Source: Anaerolineales bacterium (lineage in GTDB: Bacteria; Chloroflexota; Anaerolineae; Anaerolineales; UBA11579). From it: a stretch of DNA of 64,000 bases. Of this stretch, positions 15,610 to 26,117 are shown in pieces. The position numbers and the translations under genes were made by a program. Position 1 is the first letter of the stretch, and every line of letters begins with the position of its first letter. The notes beneath the pieces are model-generated. The model was not told the origin of the DNA and searched no databases. It saw only the letters and a list, made by a program, of their open reading frames with translations. Location: contig DATHZS010000050.1 of the NCBI GenBank assembly GCA_035458505.1, positions 6,173-70,172 on the forward strand, written 5' to 3'.

Positions 15610-16119
15610 ATGGTTTTAACTACGAAATTAACCAAAGGCGATTGGATTGTTCACTCAAATTATGGGCTTGGGCAGGTGCAAGGTGAGGATACAAAAGTGC
15701 TTGAGGGAGAAGAAACCGATTATTACATCGTCAAGACCGACTCAGCCACGTATTGGCTGCCCCAGGATGGTCTCGACACGGATGCGATCCGTGAAGTAGC
15801 GTCCAAGACACAATTCCAAAAAGCACTCAATGAGATTAAAGCAGAGCCCTGTGTGATGGAGAAAGATTATCGAAAACGCCGGGCCAGGATTGTAAGTGTC
15901 ATCTCTTCCAATGCCGTGGTTGAGTTTGCCAAATTAATTCGGGATTTGTATTGGCGCAGACGGCAAAAGCATTTGAATGAAAACGAGAAACGCGTGCTTG
16001 ACCTGATTAAAGAACGATTTGCCAGGGAATGGTCAGTTGCGGCGGAAATTAATGAAGCAGAAGCACTCTCAAAACTTGAAAGCACCTTGGGGATGGTATT
16101 TGAAAATCAAAAGGAATAA
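15610..16119 (+). CDS. carD: CarD/CdnL family RNA-polymerase-binding transcription factor
   Basis: The N-terminal Tudor-like motif is GDWIVHSNYGLGQVQG...YYIV. The size (169 aa) is typical. Confidence 0.85.
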   Translation: MVLTTKLTKGDWIVHSNYGLGQVQGEDTKVLEGEETDYYIVKTDSATYWLPQDGLDTDAIREVASKTQFQKALNEIKAEPCVMEKDYRKRRARIVSVISSNAVVEFAKLIRDLYWRRRQKHLNENEKRVLDLIKERFAREWSVAAEINEAEALSKLESTLGMVFENQKE

Positions 16120-16122
16120 GAA

Positions 16123-16278
16123 ATGCGAGAGAGACACAAAGAAATCCGCAGGAGAAGGCAGAAAAGAGCCAAACTCAAGAAGTTAAAAGCGATTCTTGCC
16201 GAAACAAAGGATAGAAATAAACGAGATGAAATCATCACTAAGATCAAAAAATATGAATATCAGTTCAAACCTGATTGA
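16123..16278 (+). CDS. Small, highly basic 51-aa protein (below the ORF-track cutoff)
   Basis: My translation: MRERHKEIRRRRQKRAKLKKLKAILAETKDRNKRDEIITKIKKYEYQFKPD. It starts 4 nt after the carD stop and is followed directly by a terminator. Confidence 0.45.
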   Translation: MRERHKEIRRRRQKRAKLKKLKAILAETKDRNKRDEIITKIKKYEYQFKPD

Positions 16279-16304
16279 TTTCTGATCGATAAAAATTAAC
16301 AGTA

Positions 16305-16346
16305 AAAGAGGATACGGATGCTTAATTCTGTATCCTCTTTTCGTTT
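16305..16346 (+). terminator. Rho-independent terminator of the rpsU-infA-carD unit
   Basis: Stem AAAGAGGATAC / GTATCCTCTTT, followed by TTTTCGTTT. Confidence 0.7.
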
Positions 16347-16395
16347 CCGCTTCTCCGTTGGATCTGCCCAGGACTTTTCTTAATGTTATTGAGAG

Positions 16396-16424
16396 TTGAC
16401 TCTGCACTCAAAGACTGCTATTAT
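16396..16424 (+). promoter_or_regulatory. Near-consensus promoter placed so that the yvcK-like mRNA would be (almost) leaderless
   Basis: TTGACT (16396-16401), 17-nt spacer, TATTAT (16419-16424). The ATG at 16434 lies 9 nt after the -10 element. Confidence 0.5.
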
Positions 16425-16433
16425 CGCTTTGCG

Positions 16434-17771
16434 ATGAAACAATTTTGGAGTACGTTTCCCTCCCGCTTAAAACGAGATGTTCAACAGTTGGTCCTCTGGC
16501 TTAGCCCTGGCCTGGGGGTAAAAAGATGGTTCTTTCTCTTGTTGTTTGGCGCAACAATGTTGGCGGTTGGTTTGGCGTTTGTGCTTCTGGATATCTATCG
16601 CCAGGCTCCTCCGGATAGCTGGATTTCGACCTCATTGTCCTTTATCTCATTACAGTTTTTGCCGCGCCTCTTGCGAGCCCTGATCTTTGGGGGATTGGGG
16701 GTTGCCTTTGTCCTGATCGGCATCACCCGGCTCAATCGGACGATCATGCGGCCTTTCATTCAGCCGGGCAAACCGGTGGTGAATACCCTGGTGCAGTACA
16801 GCCGTCTGGATCGCGGTCCCCAGATTGTGGTGATTGGGGGAGGGCATGGTCTATCCATGCTGCTGCGCGGCCTGAAAAAATATACCCGGAATATCACCGC
16901 GATTGTCACCGTTGCGGATGATGGCGGATCTTCGGGAAAATTGCGGGAGACAAAGGGGATGCTGCCCCCCGGGGATATCCGCAACTGCCTGGCAGCGCTC
17001 TCCAGTGATGAAGACCTGATCACACAACTCTTTCAGTATCGCTTCACCGCGGAAGAACCGGACCTCGAAGGACATTCGTTTGGGAATTTGCTGATCTCGG
17101 CTCTTTCAGATATCACGGGGAGTTTTGAGCTTGCAGTTGTAGAGGCAGGGCGGGCTTTGTCTGTCAATGGCCAGGTGGTGCCTTCTACCTTGAAAGATGT
17201 TCGCCTTGTGGCGGATAAAAGTTTGCCTTATATGCGGCGTGAAGTCCGGGTTAAAGGGGAAAGCCGGATCCCGGAAGTGAGGGGTGAGGTGCGGCGTTTG
17301 TGGCTGGAACCGAATAATCCGCCTGCTTATCCTGCCGCCATTCGCGCCCTGCTCCAGGCGGATATGATCGTTGTTGGACCAGGCAGCTTATATACCAGTA
17401 TTTTGCCCAATTTACTTGTGCCGGATATTAATTCTGCGATGCGTTCCAGTACCGCCTTCAAAGTGTATGTGTGCAATGTCACCACCCAGCCGGGTGAAAC
17501 CGATGATTACGATTGCGGGGATCATATCCGGGCGATTGAAGCGCATGTTGGAAATGGATTGTTCGACCTGATCGTTAGCAACTGCGAGACGACCGCTGAA
17601 CTGGCTGAAGGGTTGCAGTGGGTGGAAGCCAGCCCTGACTTGGATGAGTATTACGCGGTATACCGTTCCAGCCTGACCGACCCGGAAGTGCCTCACCGTC
17701 ACAATTCAGAAAAACTGGCACAGGCCCTGATAGACCTGTTTATGGAGCGTACGGGTCCGCTGGTCGTCTGA
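16434..17771 (+). CDS. YvcK/CofD-like (gluconeogenesis factor family) protein with N-terminal membrane anchor
   Basis: The core IVVIGGGHGLSMLLRGLK...ITAIVTVADDGGSSG...PGDIRNCL...GPGSLYTSILPNLLV is the YvcK/UPF0052 signature. The N-terminal ~110 aa has 2-3 TM helices. I moved the start to ATG 16434 because a promoter sits inside the longer listed ORF (16383). Confidence 0.85.
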   Translation: MKQFWSTFPSRLKRDVQQLVLWLSPGLGVKRWFFLLLFGATMLAVGLAFVLLDIYRQAPPDSWISTSLSFISLQFLPRLLRALIFGGLGVAFVLIGITRLNRTIMRPFIQPGKPVVNTLVQYSRLDRGPQIVVIGGGHGLSMLLRGLKKYTRNITAIVTVADDGGSSGKLRETKGMLPPGDIRNCLAALSSDEDLITQLFQYRFTAEEPDLEGHSFGNLLISALSDITGSFELAVVEAGRALSVNGQVVPSTLKDVRLVADKSLPYMRREVRVKGESRIPEVRGEVRRLWLEPNNPPAYPAAIRALLQADMIVVGPGSLYTSILPNLLVPDINSAMRSSTAFKVYVCNVTTQPGETDDYDCGDHIRAIEAHVGNGLFDLIVSNCETTAELAEGLQWVEASPDLDEYYAVYRSSLTDPEVPHRHNSEKLAQALIDLFMERTGPLVV

Positions 17772-17778
17772 TCGTCGT

Positions 17779-18294
17779 CTATTTTCCCGGGCAGCCTTTA
17801 CGAATCACCGTGGTTCGGATGTTCCTGCGGGCCCAGACGTAATGGCTGGAGGTATTGCCAGCGATCCAGTGTAATAAGGGGGATCTCCCGGTCCAGGTGT
17901 AATAGTTGATCTCAAAGATTTCCTCCTCCGACATCCCTTGAATAAGATTAAAAATCTCTCGATAAGAGGTTTGGGATTGTTGCAGAACATCCTCGAGGGG
18001 GTCATCTTTGTGGTTTTCATACCCGGATTGGTTCAGCCTGGGCAGTTCTCGCCAGGTATACCCTCGAGCCGGGGTTTCCGGAGTTTTACCGTCTATCCCT
18101 GCATGGTACCAATTGATGAAACGCTGTTCCCAGTCAACCAGATGCGCAAGAATGTCTTTGACGGACCAATCGCCCATGGACCCAGGCCATACCATTTGCT
18201 CGGGGGACAGCCCGGAATATTTTTTTATCAAATCCTGATAGCTGAGCTGGATGCTTTCCACTAATTCCTGTTTGGTTTTTGCTCTTCTGCTCAT
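17779..18294 (-). CDS. ClbS/DfsB (DUF1706) or DinB-like four-helix-bundle protein
   Basis: 171 aa. The pattern KQELVESIQLSYQDLIKK...WSVKDILAHLVDWEQ...W.ELPRLNQ resembles ClbS/DfsB as I recall it. Confidence 0.6.
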   Translation of the reverse strand: MSRRAKTKQELVESIQLSYQDLIKKYSGLSPEQMVWPGSMGDWSVKDILAHLVDWEQRFINWYHAGIDGKTPETPARGYTWRELPRLNQSGYENHKDDPLEDVLQQSQTSYREIFNLIQGMSEEEIFEINYYTWTGRSPLLHWIAGNTSSHYVWARRNIRTTVIRKGCPGK

Positions 18295-18396
18295 CTCGTC
18301 TCTCCTGCATTTCTATACTAAGTTAATCAAAACCTAAAGACTGGTCAGGATTGTGTTTAGTTTCACAATTTTACTCTTTTATTTCAATGATTGGTT

Positions 18397-18405
18397 TGAT
18401 ATAAT
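18397..18405 (+). promoter_or_regulatory. Extended -10 element upstream of gap
   Basis: TGaTATAAT lies 90 nt upstream of the gap ATG. The -35 is poor (TTTTAT at 17-nt spacing). Confidence 0.35.
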
Positions 18406-18486
18406 TAACATTTGGTAGGTCAAAAAGACCTTCATCTATTCAATCACAGCAGTTGAGACATACTGTACTATTATTTTGTTTTTTAG

Positions 18487-19518
<1,032 letters not shown>

Positions 19519-19648
19519 TTTGGTTGAGATTCCGTTTCAATTACTCAAGCCGGGAACCCTGGTTCCTGGCTTGGGCTGATCATTTGGGTCAAGGTGGTTA
19601 CCAACAGATAACCACCCTCTGTCCCTAAATCTTTTATAGGCTGAGGTT

Positions 19649-20824
19649 ATGTTCAAGAAAAAAACAATCCGTGAAGTGGATGTTCGCGATAAGCGAGTAT
19701 TGGTGCGGGTGGACTTTAATGTTCCTCTGGCAGACGGCCGGGTGATGGATGATACCCGGATTCAGGCGGCTTTGCCAACAATCGAATATCTTCTCGAACA
19801 GAACGCGGCGGTAATCTTATGCTCACATCTGGGCAGGCCGAAGAGCGCTGAAGACCTTGAGTTCTCCATGCGCCCCACTGCGGAACACCTGAAAACCCTC
19901 GTGAAAACTCCGGTATTCTTTTCCGACGACTGCATTGGTCCGATAGCCGAACAGGCAGCCGAAGCATTGCAGCCGGGACAGATTTTAGTGCTGGAAAATA
20001 CCCGTTTCCATCCAGGGGAAAAGGCCAACGACCCGGGGATGGCTAAACAGCTTGCTGGCCTGGCAGATGTGTACGTCAACGACGCGTTCGGCTCTGCTCA
20101 TCGGGCACACGCGTCCACCACAGGGGTAGCTGATTATTTGCCGGCTGTGGCAGGATTTTTGCTGGAAAAGGAGATTGTCTATTTGGGGCAGACGATTGCC
20201 GACCCGAAACGCCCTTTTATTGCCATCATGGGCGGGGCGAAGATCAGCGATAAGATCGGAGTGATCCGCAATTTGCTGGCAAAAGCCGACAAAGTTTTTA
20301 TTGGCGGCGGGATGGCCAATACTTTCTTCAAAGCAACAGGCACCCAGGTGGGAGGTTCTCTGGTTGAGGATGAAGCCCTGGATACTGCCGGGGAATTACT
20401 TGCCATGGGGAATGATAAACTGGTGCTGCCAGTCGATATGGTTGTGGCCGACGCATTTTCCAATGAGGCTGCCACTCAGACCCTGCCGGTGGGAGATGTA
20501 CCCGAAGGGTGGCGGATCCTGGATGTTGGCCCGGAAACACTGGCTGTTTTCGGCAAAATTCTTGAGGGTGCCGGCACCGTGGTTTGGAACGGCCCGATGG
20601 GCGTGTTTGAATTCCCGGCTTTTGCCAAGGGCACGTTTGGTCTCGCCAGGCTGATTGCCGATTGCGGAGCGACGACAATTATTGGTGGCGGTGACTCAAC
20701 CTCTGCAGTCAACCAGTCTGGCTTGGCTGATAAGATCACGCATATCTCAACCGGCGGCGGTGCTTCTCTTGAAATGCTGGAAGGCAAAGTCCTTCCCGGT
20801 TTAGCCGCTTTAGATGATGCTTAA
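19649..20824 (+). CDS. pgk: Phosphoglycerate kinase
   Basis: [15 protein letters not shown] and GGGDS...[10 protein letters not shown] are present. Confidence 0.95.
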   Translation: MFKKKTIREVDVRDKRVLVRVDFNVPLADGRVMDDTRIQAALPTIEYLLEQNAAVILCSHLGRPKSAEDLEFSMRPTAEHLKTLVKTPVFFSDDCIGPIAEQAAEALQPGQILVLENTRFHPGEKANDPGMAKQLAGLADVYVNDAFGSAHRAHASTTGVADYLPAVAGFLLEKEIVYLGQTIADPKRPFIAIMGGAKISDKIGVIRNLLAKADKVFIGGGMANTFFKATGTQVGGSLVEDEALDTAGELLAMGNDKLVLPVDMVVADAFSNEAATQTLPVGDVPEGWRILDVGPETLAVFGKILEGAGTVVWNGPMGVFEFPAFAKGTFGLARLIADCGATTIIGGGDSTSAVNQSGLADKITHISTGGGASLEMLEGKVLPGLAALDDA

Positions 20825-20850
20825 CAATACTGCCAAAGAAAGGTGATTAC

Positions 20851-21606
20851 ATGCGAGTACCTCTTGTTGCAGGAAATTGGAAATTAAATAAAACAGTAGC
20901 AGAAGCCCGGCAGTTGGTGACAGAAATGCTTCCTGGCTTGCAGGCTGTTCCTTCGGTAGAAAACCTGGTATGCCCCCCCTTTATGGCTTTGCCAGCTGTG
21001 GCTGAGATGTTGAAAGGCACCAAAGTGGCTGTCGGTGGGCAGAACGTATATTGGGAAGATCAGGGGGCCTATACGGGTGAGATCTCTCCGGGGATGCTGG
21101 CAGAATACTGTCAGTTTGTTATCATCGGGCATTCTGAACGCAGGGCGTATTTCGGCGAAACTGACCAGACGGTCAACCGTCGCGTCCGATCCGCCCTGGC
21201 ACACCGGCTGATCCCGGTAGTGTGTGTTGGGGAGACGCTTGAAGAGAATGAAGCCGGAAACACCAACCAGGTGATCGCACGCCAGATGCAGGACGGCTTG
21301 GCTGGGCTCCAGATCAGTGATGCCAGCCAGCTGGTGATCGCATACGAACCTGTCTGGGCGATCGGCACAGGAAAGGCCGCCTATCCGGAAGATGCCTCCC
21401 GTGTGATCGGCCAGGTGATCCGGCCTGCACTGGTCCAGCTGTTTGGCGAAGCAGTATCACAGGGCGTACGTGTGCTTTATGGTGGTTCTGTAAAACCATC
21501 CAACGCAGCAGAATTCTTCAGCGAAGAAGAAGTGGATGGGGCTTTGGTTGGCGGTGCCAGCCTGAAAGCGGCTGATTTTATCGGGATTACCGAAGCCGCA
21601 GCCTGA
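20851..21606 (+). CDS. tpiA: Triosephosphate isomerase
   Basis: AGNWKLN, IIGHSERR, AYEPVWAIGTG and YGGSVKP are present. Confidence 0.95.
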   Translation: MRVPLVAGNWKLNKTVAEARQLVTEMLPGLQAVPSVENLVCPPFMALPAVAEMLKGTKVAVGGQNVYWEDQGAYTGEISPGMLAEYCQFVIIGHSERRAYFGETDQTVNRRVRSALAHRLIPVVCVGETLEENEAGNTNQVIARQMQDGLAGLQISDASQLVIAYEPVWAIGTGKAAYPEDASRVIGQVIRPALVQLFGEAVSQGVRVLYGGSVKPSNAAEFFSEEEVDGALVGGASLKAADFIGITEAAA

Positions 21607-21632
21607 AACTGATCTATATTTTAACTTTCGAT

Positions 21633-21668
21633 ATAGTGGCCTTGATCTGCCTTCAAGGCCACTATTTT
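21633..21668 (+). terminator. Rho-independent terminator after tpiA
   Basis: 13-bp stem ATAGTGGCCTTGA / TCAAGGCCACTAT, 7-nt loop, then TTTT. Confidence 0.7.
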
Positions 21669-21685
21669 GATAAGAATGAACACGG

Positions 21686-22447
21686 ATGAATTTGCTTAGT
21701 AATGTCCTCTGGCTGATATTGACCATGGCCATGCTGGCCTGGTTGCAGATACGCCTTCACCGGGAAGTGCAGTTATTCTTCCTGCTGATCACGCGAAACC
21801 CAAAGCTGGCGATCCTGCTGTTTTCCCTTGTCTTTCTGCCTGGGGTTTTCCTCCATGAACTGAGTCATTATTTGGCGGCCAAACTCCTCCGGGTGCGAAC
21901 AGGCCGTTTCTCGATTCTTCCGAGAGATAAGGGAGATGGCACATTGCAGTTGGGGTTCGTGGAAATTTCAGCGACAGATCCAATCAGGGAGAGCCTGATC
22001 GGCGCGGCCCCTCTTCTGGCAGGGAGCGTGTTTGTTTCTGTGGCTGGCATTTCCTATTTGAAGTTGGATGCCATTTGGGCTGCACTGGTCCAACAGGGAT
22101 TAGGGGAAGGGATCAGTGAACTGTTTGTTCTTTTCAAGCAGCCAGATGTGTGGCTCTGGCTTTACCTGGCATTGGCCGTTTCCAGCACGATGTTTCCCTC
22201 ATCCTCAGATCGCCGCCCGATGACCAAACTCCTGATCGGTCTGGTACTGTTGCTGACGGTTGTATTGTTATTCGGAGCCGGGGTTTGGCTGCTGAACCTC
22301 GTCGGACCGGGGGTGACCCGCACACTTGGCGCAGCTTCCGTAATCTTTGGGGTTTCAGCCGGACTGCATTTAATGCTGCTGATCCCCCTGGCGCTTATCC
22401 GTCGTTTGTTGGTGGACCTGATCGGGGTAAAGGTCAGCACGGCCTGA
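21686..22447 (+). CDS. Polytopic membrane protein with HExxH motif (M50/site-2-protease-like metalloprotease candidate)
   Basis: 253 aa, at least 6 TM segments. HELSH lies at the end of TM2 (FLHELSHYLAAKLL). Confidence 0.55.
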   Translation: MNLLSNVLWLILTMAMLAWLQIRLHREVQLFFLLITRNPKLAILLFSLVFLPGVFLHELSHYLAAKLLRVRTGRFSILPRDKGDGTLQLGFVEISATDPIRESLIGAAPLLAGSVFVSVAGISYLKLDAIWAALVQQGLGEGISELFVLFKQPDVWLWLYLALAVSSTMFPSSSDRRPMTKLLIGLVLLLTVVLLFGAGVWLLNLVGPGVTRTLGAASVIFGVSAGLHLMLLIPLALIRRLLVDLIGVKVSTA

Positions 22448-22500
22448 ACTTACTGGCAGAAAAGCGCAAACGCGGCCAACCATGTACCCATCAGGGCAGT

Positions 22501-23865
22501 TTAATCAGAAGATTTTTGTCTCTGGGGGTCGTAGATGCGGAAATACGGAGCTTCGGATTTTTTAGCTGCATACATCGCCTCATCCGCTAAGCGAATTAAT
22601 GTTTCATAGTTGTTTCCGTGGTCCGGGAAAATACTTCCGCCAACGCTTACACTGATTTCTATGCGTTGATCCTGGAGGATATATTCGCTGCTGAGCATCG
22701 CGTAGATTTTCTCTGCGACAATACGAGCATGGTCGAATTGTTTGAGCTGGTGTGCGATCAGGGTAAATTCATCACCGGAAATGCGGGAAACCGTATCGTA
22801 TTCTCTCAGGTTGATGCGCAGGCGGTTCGCGATTTCAACCAGCAGCTTGTCTCCGATAAGATGCCCGTAAGAATCGTTGATCGATTTGAAATCGTTCACG
22901 TCCAGGAAAAAAACACCCAGCATCTGGCGGTTGCGCTTGGAATACGAAATGGCATGCTCAAGGATCTCCCGGAACATGATCCGGTTTGGCAGGTTTGTGA
23001 GGGGATCGTGAGTAGCTAAGTGACGGATCTGATTTTCGGTCTGCTTGCGTTCGGTGATATCGGTGACCGTTGCATAAATCATCAGATTGCCATTCTCTTC
23101 CCAGTTGGCTTGTGCATTATTGCTCACCCAGATCGTGTTACCATCCGCACAGCTAATCCGATATTCAAGTTCGCTGCTGATGCCTTTCGCGAGCAGCTCG
23201 ATAAAATTCACCCATCGTGTAACATCATCTGGATGGATAACCGCCTGCCATGCATCCCAGCTGCCTAAGAATTTTTGCAACGGGTACCCGGTCAGTTCTT
23301 GAATGTTTTCAGAAAGGTAGCGGTTTTTAAAACCAGTGGTTGGGGAGTATTCTGCGATGTAGAAATGTGCGCTGACAGAGTTCACCAACAGCCGGAAACG
23401 CTCATCGCTCTCCCGCAGGTTCTCAACCGCTTTTCGGAAAGCAGTGATATCTTGTTTGATCGCAATATAATGGGTGGTTTCACCTGTATCATCCACGACA
23501 GGTGTGATGGTCATATCTTCTTGGTATAAAGTGCCATCTTTTCTCTTGTTGATGACTTCTCCACGCCAGACTTTTCCTGCTGAGATCGTTCTCCATAAAT
23601 CCAGGTAAAAGCTATCAGGATGTTGGTGAGACCGAAAGATGCTGGTCTTTTTATTTTTCAGCTCTTCTGGTGTGTATCCTGTCAGCTTGGTGATAGCTGG
23701 ATTGACCCAGATGATGAACCCATCCCGGTCAGTGATCACGACACCATTTGCAGCAGATTCAAGTGCCGTGATTTGGATATTTTTCAGCTTATCTGTGTGA
23801 ATGCGCTGTGGTTGTTTCATGTCCAACTCATTAAGTGGATGTAGGCTGTGATGTTTTTTTGACAA
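22501..23865 (-). CDS. PAS-PAS-GGDEF diguanylate cyclase (SGDEF variant, RxxD I-site present)
   Basis: Two PAS/PAC blocks (ITDRDGFIIWVNPAITKLTGY...; ...HPDDV...) are followed by HLATHDPLTNLPNR...FLDVNDFKSINDSYGH..GD...REYDTVSRISGDEF. Confidence 0.85.
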   Translation of the reverse strand: MSKKHHSLHPLNELDMKQPQRIHTDKLKNIQITALESAANGVVITDRDGFIIWVNPAITKLTGYTPEELKNKKTSIFRSHQHPDSFYLDLWRTISAGKVWRGEVINKRKDGTLYQEDMTITPVVDDTGETTHYIAIKQDITAFRKAVENLRESDERFRLLVNSVSAHFYIAEYSPTTGFKNRYLSENIQELTGYPLQKFLGSWDAWQAVIHPDDVTRWVNFIELLAKGISSELEYRISCADGNTIWVSNNAQANWEENGNLMIYATVTDITERKQTENQIRHLATHDPLTNLPNRIMFREILEHAISYSKRNRQMLGVFFLDVNDFKSINDSYGHLIGDKLLVEIANRLRINLREYDTVSRISGDEFTLIAHQLKQFDHARIVAEKIYAMLSSEYILQDQRIEISVSVGGSIFPDHGNNYETLIRLADEAMYAAKKSEAPYFRIYDPQRQKSSD

Positions 23866-23958
23866 TTGGTGAGGAGTAAGATTTAAGTTTGGGTGTTAAT
23901 CTCCATTCGTGTCTTTTTTATCTGTATGGAAAAGGGAAAGATTGAGGGAAAACGATGG

Positions 23959-23999
23959 ACAACAAACAGCGGCTTTGACTGCTCACCGCTTTTTGTTGT
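23959..23999 (-). terminator. Hairpin downstream of upp (possible terminator)
   Basis: ACAACAAA-c-AGCGG ... CCGCT-t-TTTGTTGT. On the minus strand the 3' arm is U-rich, but no clean U-tract follows. Confidence 0.4.
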
Positions 24000-24024
24000 G
24001 GAAATTTTCCTCAAACTTGCCGGA

Positions 24025-24651
24025 TCATCCGGTGCCAAATTGCCGGTCTCCGGCATCACCTAATCCAGGCACAATATAGCCAATCTCGTTCAGGTGGCTG
24101 TCAAGGGCAGCCATATAGATGGGGACCTCAGGATGGTGCTTTTGCAGGTTCTCCACACCTTCGGGGGCAGCCAGCAGGGCGACAAATTTGATCCGGTGAA
24201 CCCCCCATCTTTTCAGAATATCCACCGTCGCAACTGCTGAACCGCCGGTTGCCAGCATCGGGTCGAGGACCAGGCACACCTTTACCGTTGGTGCAATCGG
24301 GAGTTTGTTATAGTACTCTACCGGCTGCAGAGTGCGCTCATCCCGGTAAAGACCAATATGCCAGACTTCTGCATTAGGCATCAGACCCCAAACTCCCTCC
24401 ACCATTCCCAGCCCGGCGCGCAAGATCGGCACCAGGCCGATTTTATCACTCAGCTCTGCGCCCATTGCCTGTCCCATCGGCGTAGTGACTTCCAGCGGGT
24501 TGGTTTTGAGGTCGCTGGTTGCCTCATAGGTCAGTAGGGCAGAAAGTTCCCGCACCAGTTCGCGAAACTTTTTCGGGGAGGTATTGACATCTCTCAGTTT
24601 GGTTAATTTATGGGTTACCAATGGATGGTCGGATACATAAACATTCGTCAT
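24025..24651 (-). CDS. upp: Uracil phosphoribosyltransferase
   Basis: The 208-aa protein has [10 protein letters not shown] and the PRPP loop [12 protein letters not shown]. Confidence 0.95.
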   Translation of the reverse strand: MTNVYVSDHPLVTHKLTKLRDVNTSPKKFRELVRELSALLTYEATSDLKTNPLEVTTPMGQAMGAELSDKIGLVPILRAGLGMVEGVWGLMPNAEVWHIGLYRDERTLQPVEYYNKLPIAPTVKVCLVLDPMLATGGSAVATVDILKRWGVHRIKFVALLAAPEGVENLQKHHPEVPIYMAALDSHLNEIGYIVPGLGDAGDRQFGTG

Positions 24652-24844
24652 CTCGTCCTCCTGGGTGATGAGTTTTTACAAAGGCGGGTCAGATTATTTT
24701 TCATCTTGCCTAATTAAGAGGGTATTATATCGTAAGCTGTGGATTCTCTCATATATTCATCATTAAAGATTCTGATTTGGTACTGGAGAGGGATTTGTTT
24801 GGCGCAGGTAGCACAAATGTACGGCATTGTTGTATAATCTCTCT

Positions 24845-25870
24845 ATGGATGACTCTCAAAACAGATTGGTAAACCCGGACCGGCGTGATGAAGACCAGTT
24901 CGATCTCACCTTACGCCCGCAGTATCTTAAAGAAATGATCGGCCAGGAGAAGATCAAAGAGAACCTGGCGATCTTGATTGAAGCAGCCAGGCACCGGGGC
25001 GAACCACTTGACCATGTCTTGTTTTACGGCCCCCCGGGATTGGGGAAAACCACCCTGGCGCATATTTTGGCCAATGAAATGGGCGTGAATATCAAGGTGA
25101 CTGCCGGGCCTGCCATCGAACGGCAAGGCGACCTGGCGGCCATCCTGTCCAACCTGCGTGAGGGCGATGTGCTTTTCATTGATGAGATTCACCGCTTGGG
25201 GCGGGCTGTGGAAGAAGTACTTTATCCTGCAATGGAAGATTTTGCCCTGGATATCGTGATCGGCAAAGGGCCTGCGGCCAGGTCGGTGCGGTTAAAATTG
25301 CCGCGGTTCACCGTGATTGGCGCGACCACCCGCCTGGCATTGGTCACAGCCCCGCTTCGAGCGCGTTTCGGGGCTGTTTACCGGATGAATTTCTATACAC
25401 AGGAAGCGATGGAATCGATTGTGGAGCGTGCCGCCCTGCGTTTGGCAGTTCAGGCAGAAGATGACGGGATCCGCGAGATTGCCCTGCGGGCACGCGGGAC
25501 ACCACGCGTCGCCTTGCGTCTGCTCCGGCGGGTGCGAGATTTTGCCCAGGTACGCGCCGATGGCACCATCACGGTTGCGGTGGCAGACGATGCCCTCAAC
25601 CTGCTGGATGTAGATGCACTTGGGCTGGATGATATGGACCGGCGCGTCCTGCGTGCCATCATTGAGAAATACAACTGCGGCCCGGTCGGGCTGAATACGA
25701 TTGCGGCCTCCGTTCATGAAGAGCAGGACACAATCAAAGACGTTGTTGAGCCATATCTGCTCCAGCTGGGATTTTTGGAACGGACTTCTCAGGGACGGAT
25801 GGCCACTCAGCAAGCCTGCGAACACCTCGGCCTGCCCTATCCAGACAATCAACCCCCCAGACTTTTCTAA
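24845..25870 (+). CDS. ruvB: Holliday junction branch migration helicase RuvB
   Basis: [39 protein letters not shown] and GTPR are present. I chose ATG 24845 (MDDSQ) rather than the listed TTG 24827, which lies under a TATAAT box. Confidence 0.9.
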   Translation: MDDSQNRLVNPDRRDEDQFDLTLRPQYLKEMIGQEKIKENLAILIEAARHRGEPLDHVLFYGPPGLGKTTLAHILANEMGVNIKVTAGPAIERQGDLAAILSNLREGDVLFIDEIHRLGRAVEEVLYPAMEDFALDIVIGKGPAARSVRLKLPRFTVIGATTRLALVTAPLRARFGAVYRMNFYTQEAMESIVERAALRLAVQAEDDGIREIALRARGTPRVALRLLRRVRDFAQVRADGTITVAVADDALNLLDVDALGLDDMDRRVLRAIIEKYNCGPVGLNTIAASVHEEQDTIKDVVEPYLLQLGFLERTSQGRMATQQACEHLGLPYPDNQPPRLF

Positions 25871-25873
25871 ACC

Positions 25874-26107
25874 ATGGACCTGACAGCAATTGGCAAGATT
25901 TTGGCCATCATTGGAGCTGTATTATTACTGGTCGGCGGCGGGTTGGTGCTGATGGGCAAATTCGGCGTTAAGTTGGGGCAGCTGCCCGGCGATATCCGGA
26001 TTCAGACTGAGACCTTCACCTGTGCGTTTCCCCTGGTCAGTTCAATCCTGATTTCCCTTTTGCTGACCGTAGTGCTCAATGTGCTGCTGCGGTGGCTGAA
26101 TAAATGA
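25874..26107 (+). CDS. DUF2905-type small membrane protein
   Basis: 77 aa. LGQLPGDIRIQTETFTCAFPLVSSILISLLLTVVLN matches the DUF2905 pattern as I recall it. It sits between ruvB and queA, which is common synteny. Confidence 0.7.
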   Translation: MDLTAIGKILAIIGAVLLLVGGGLVLMGKFGVKLGQLPGDIRIQTETFTCAFPLVSSILISLLLTVVLNVLLRWLNK

Positions 26108-26117
26108 GGACTGCCGG

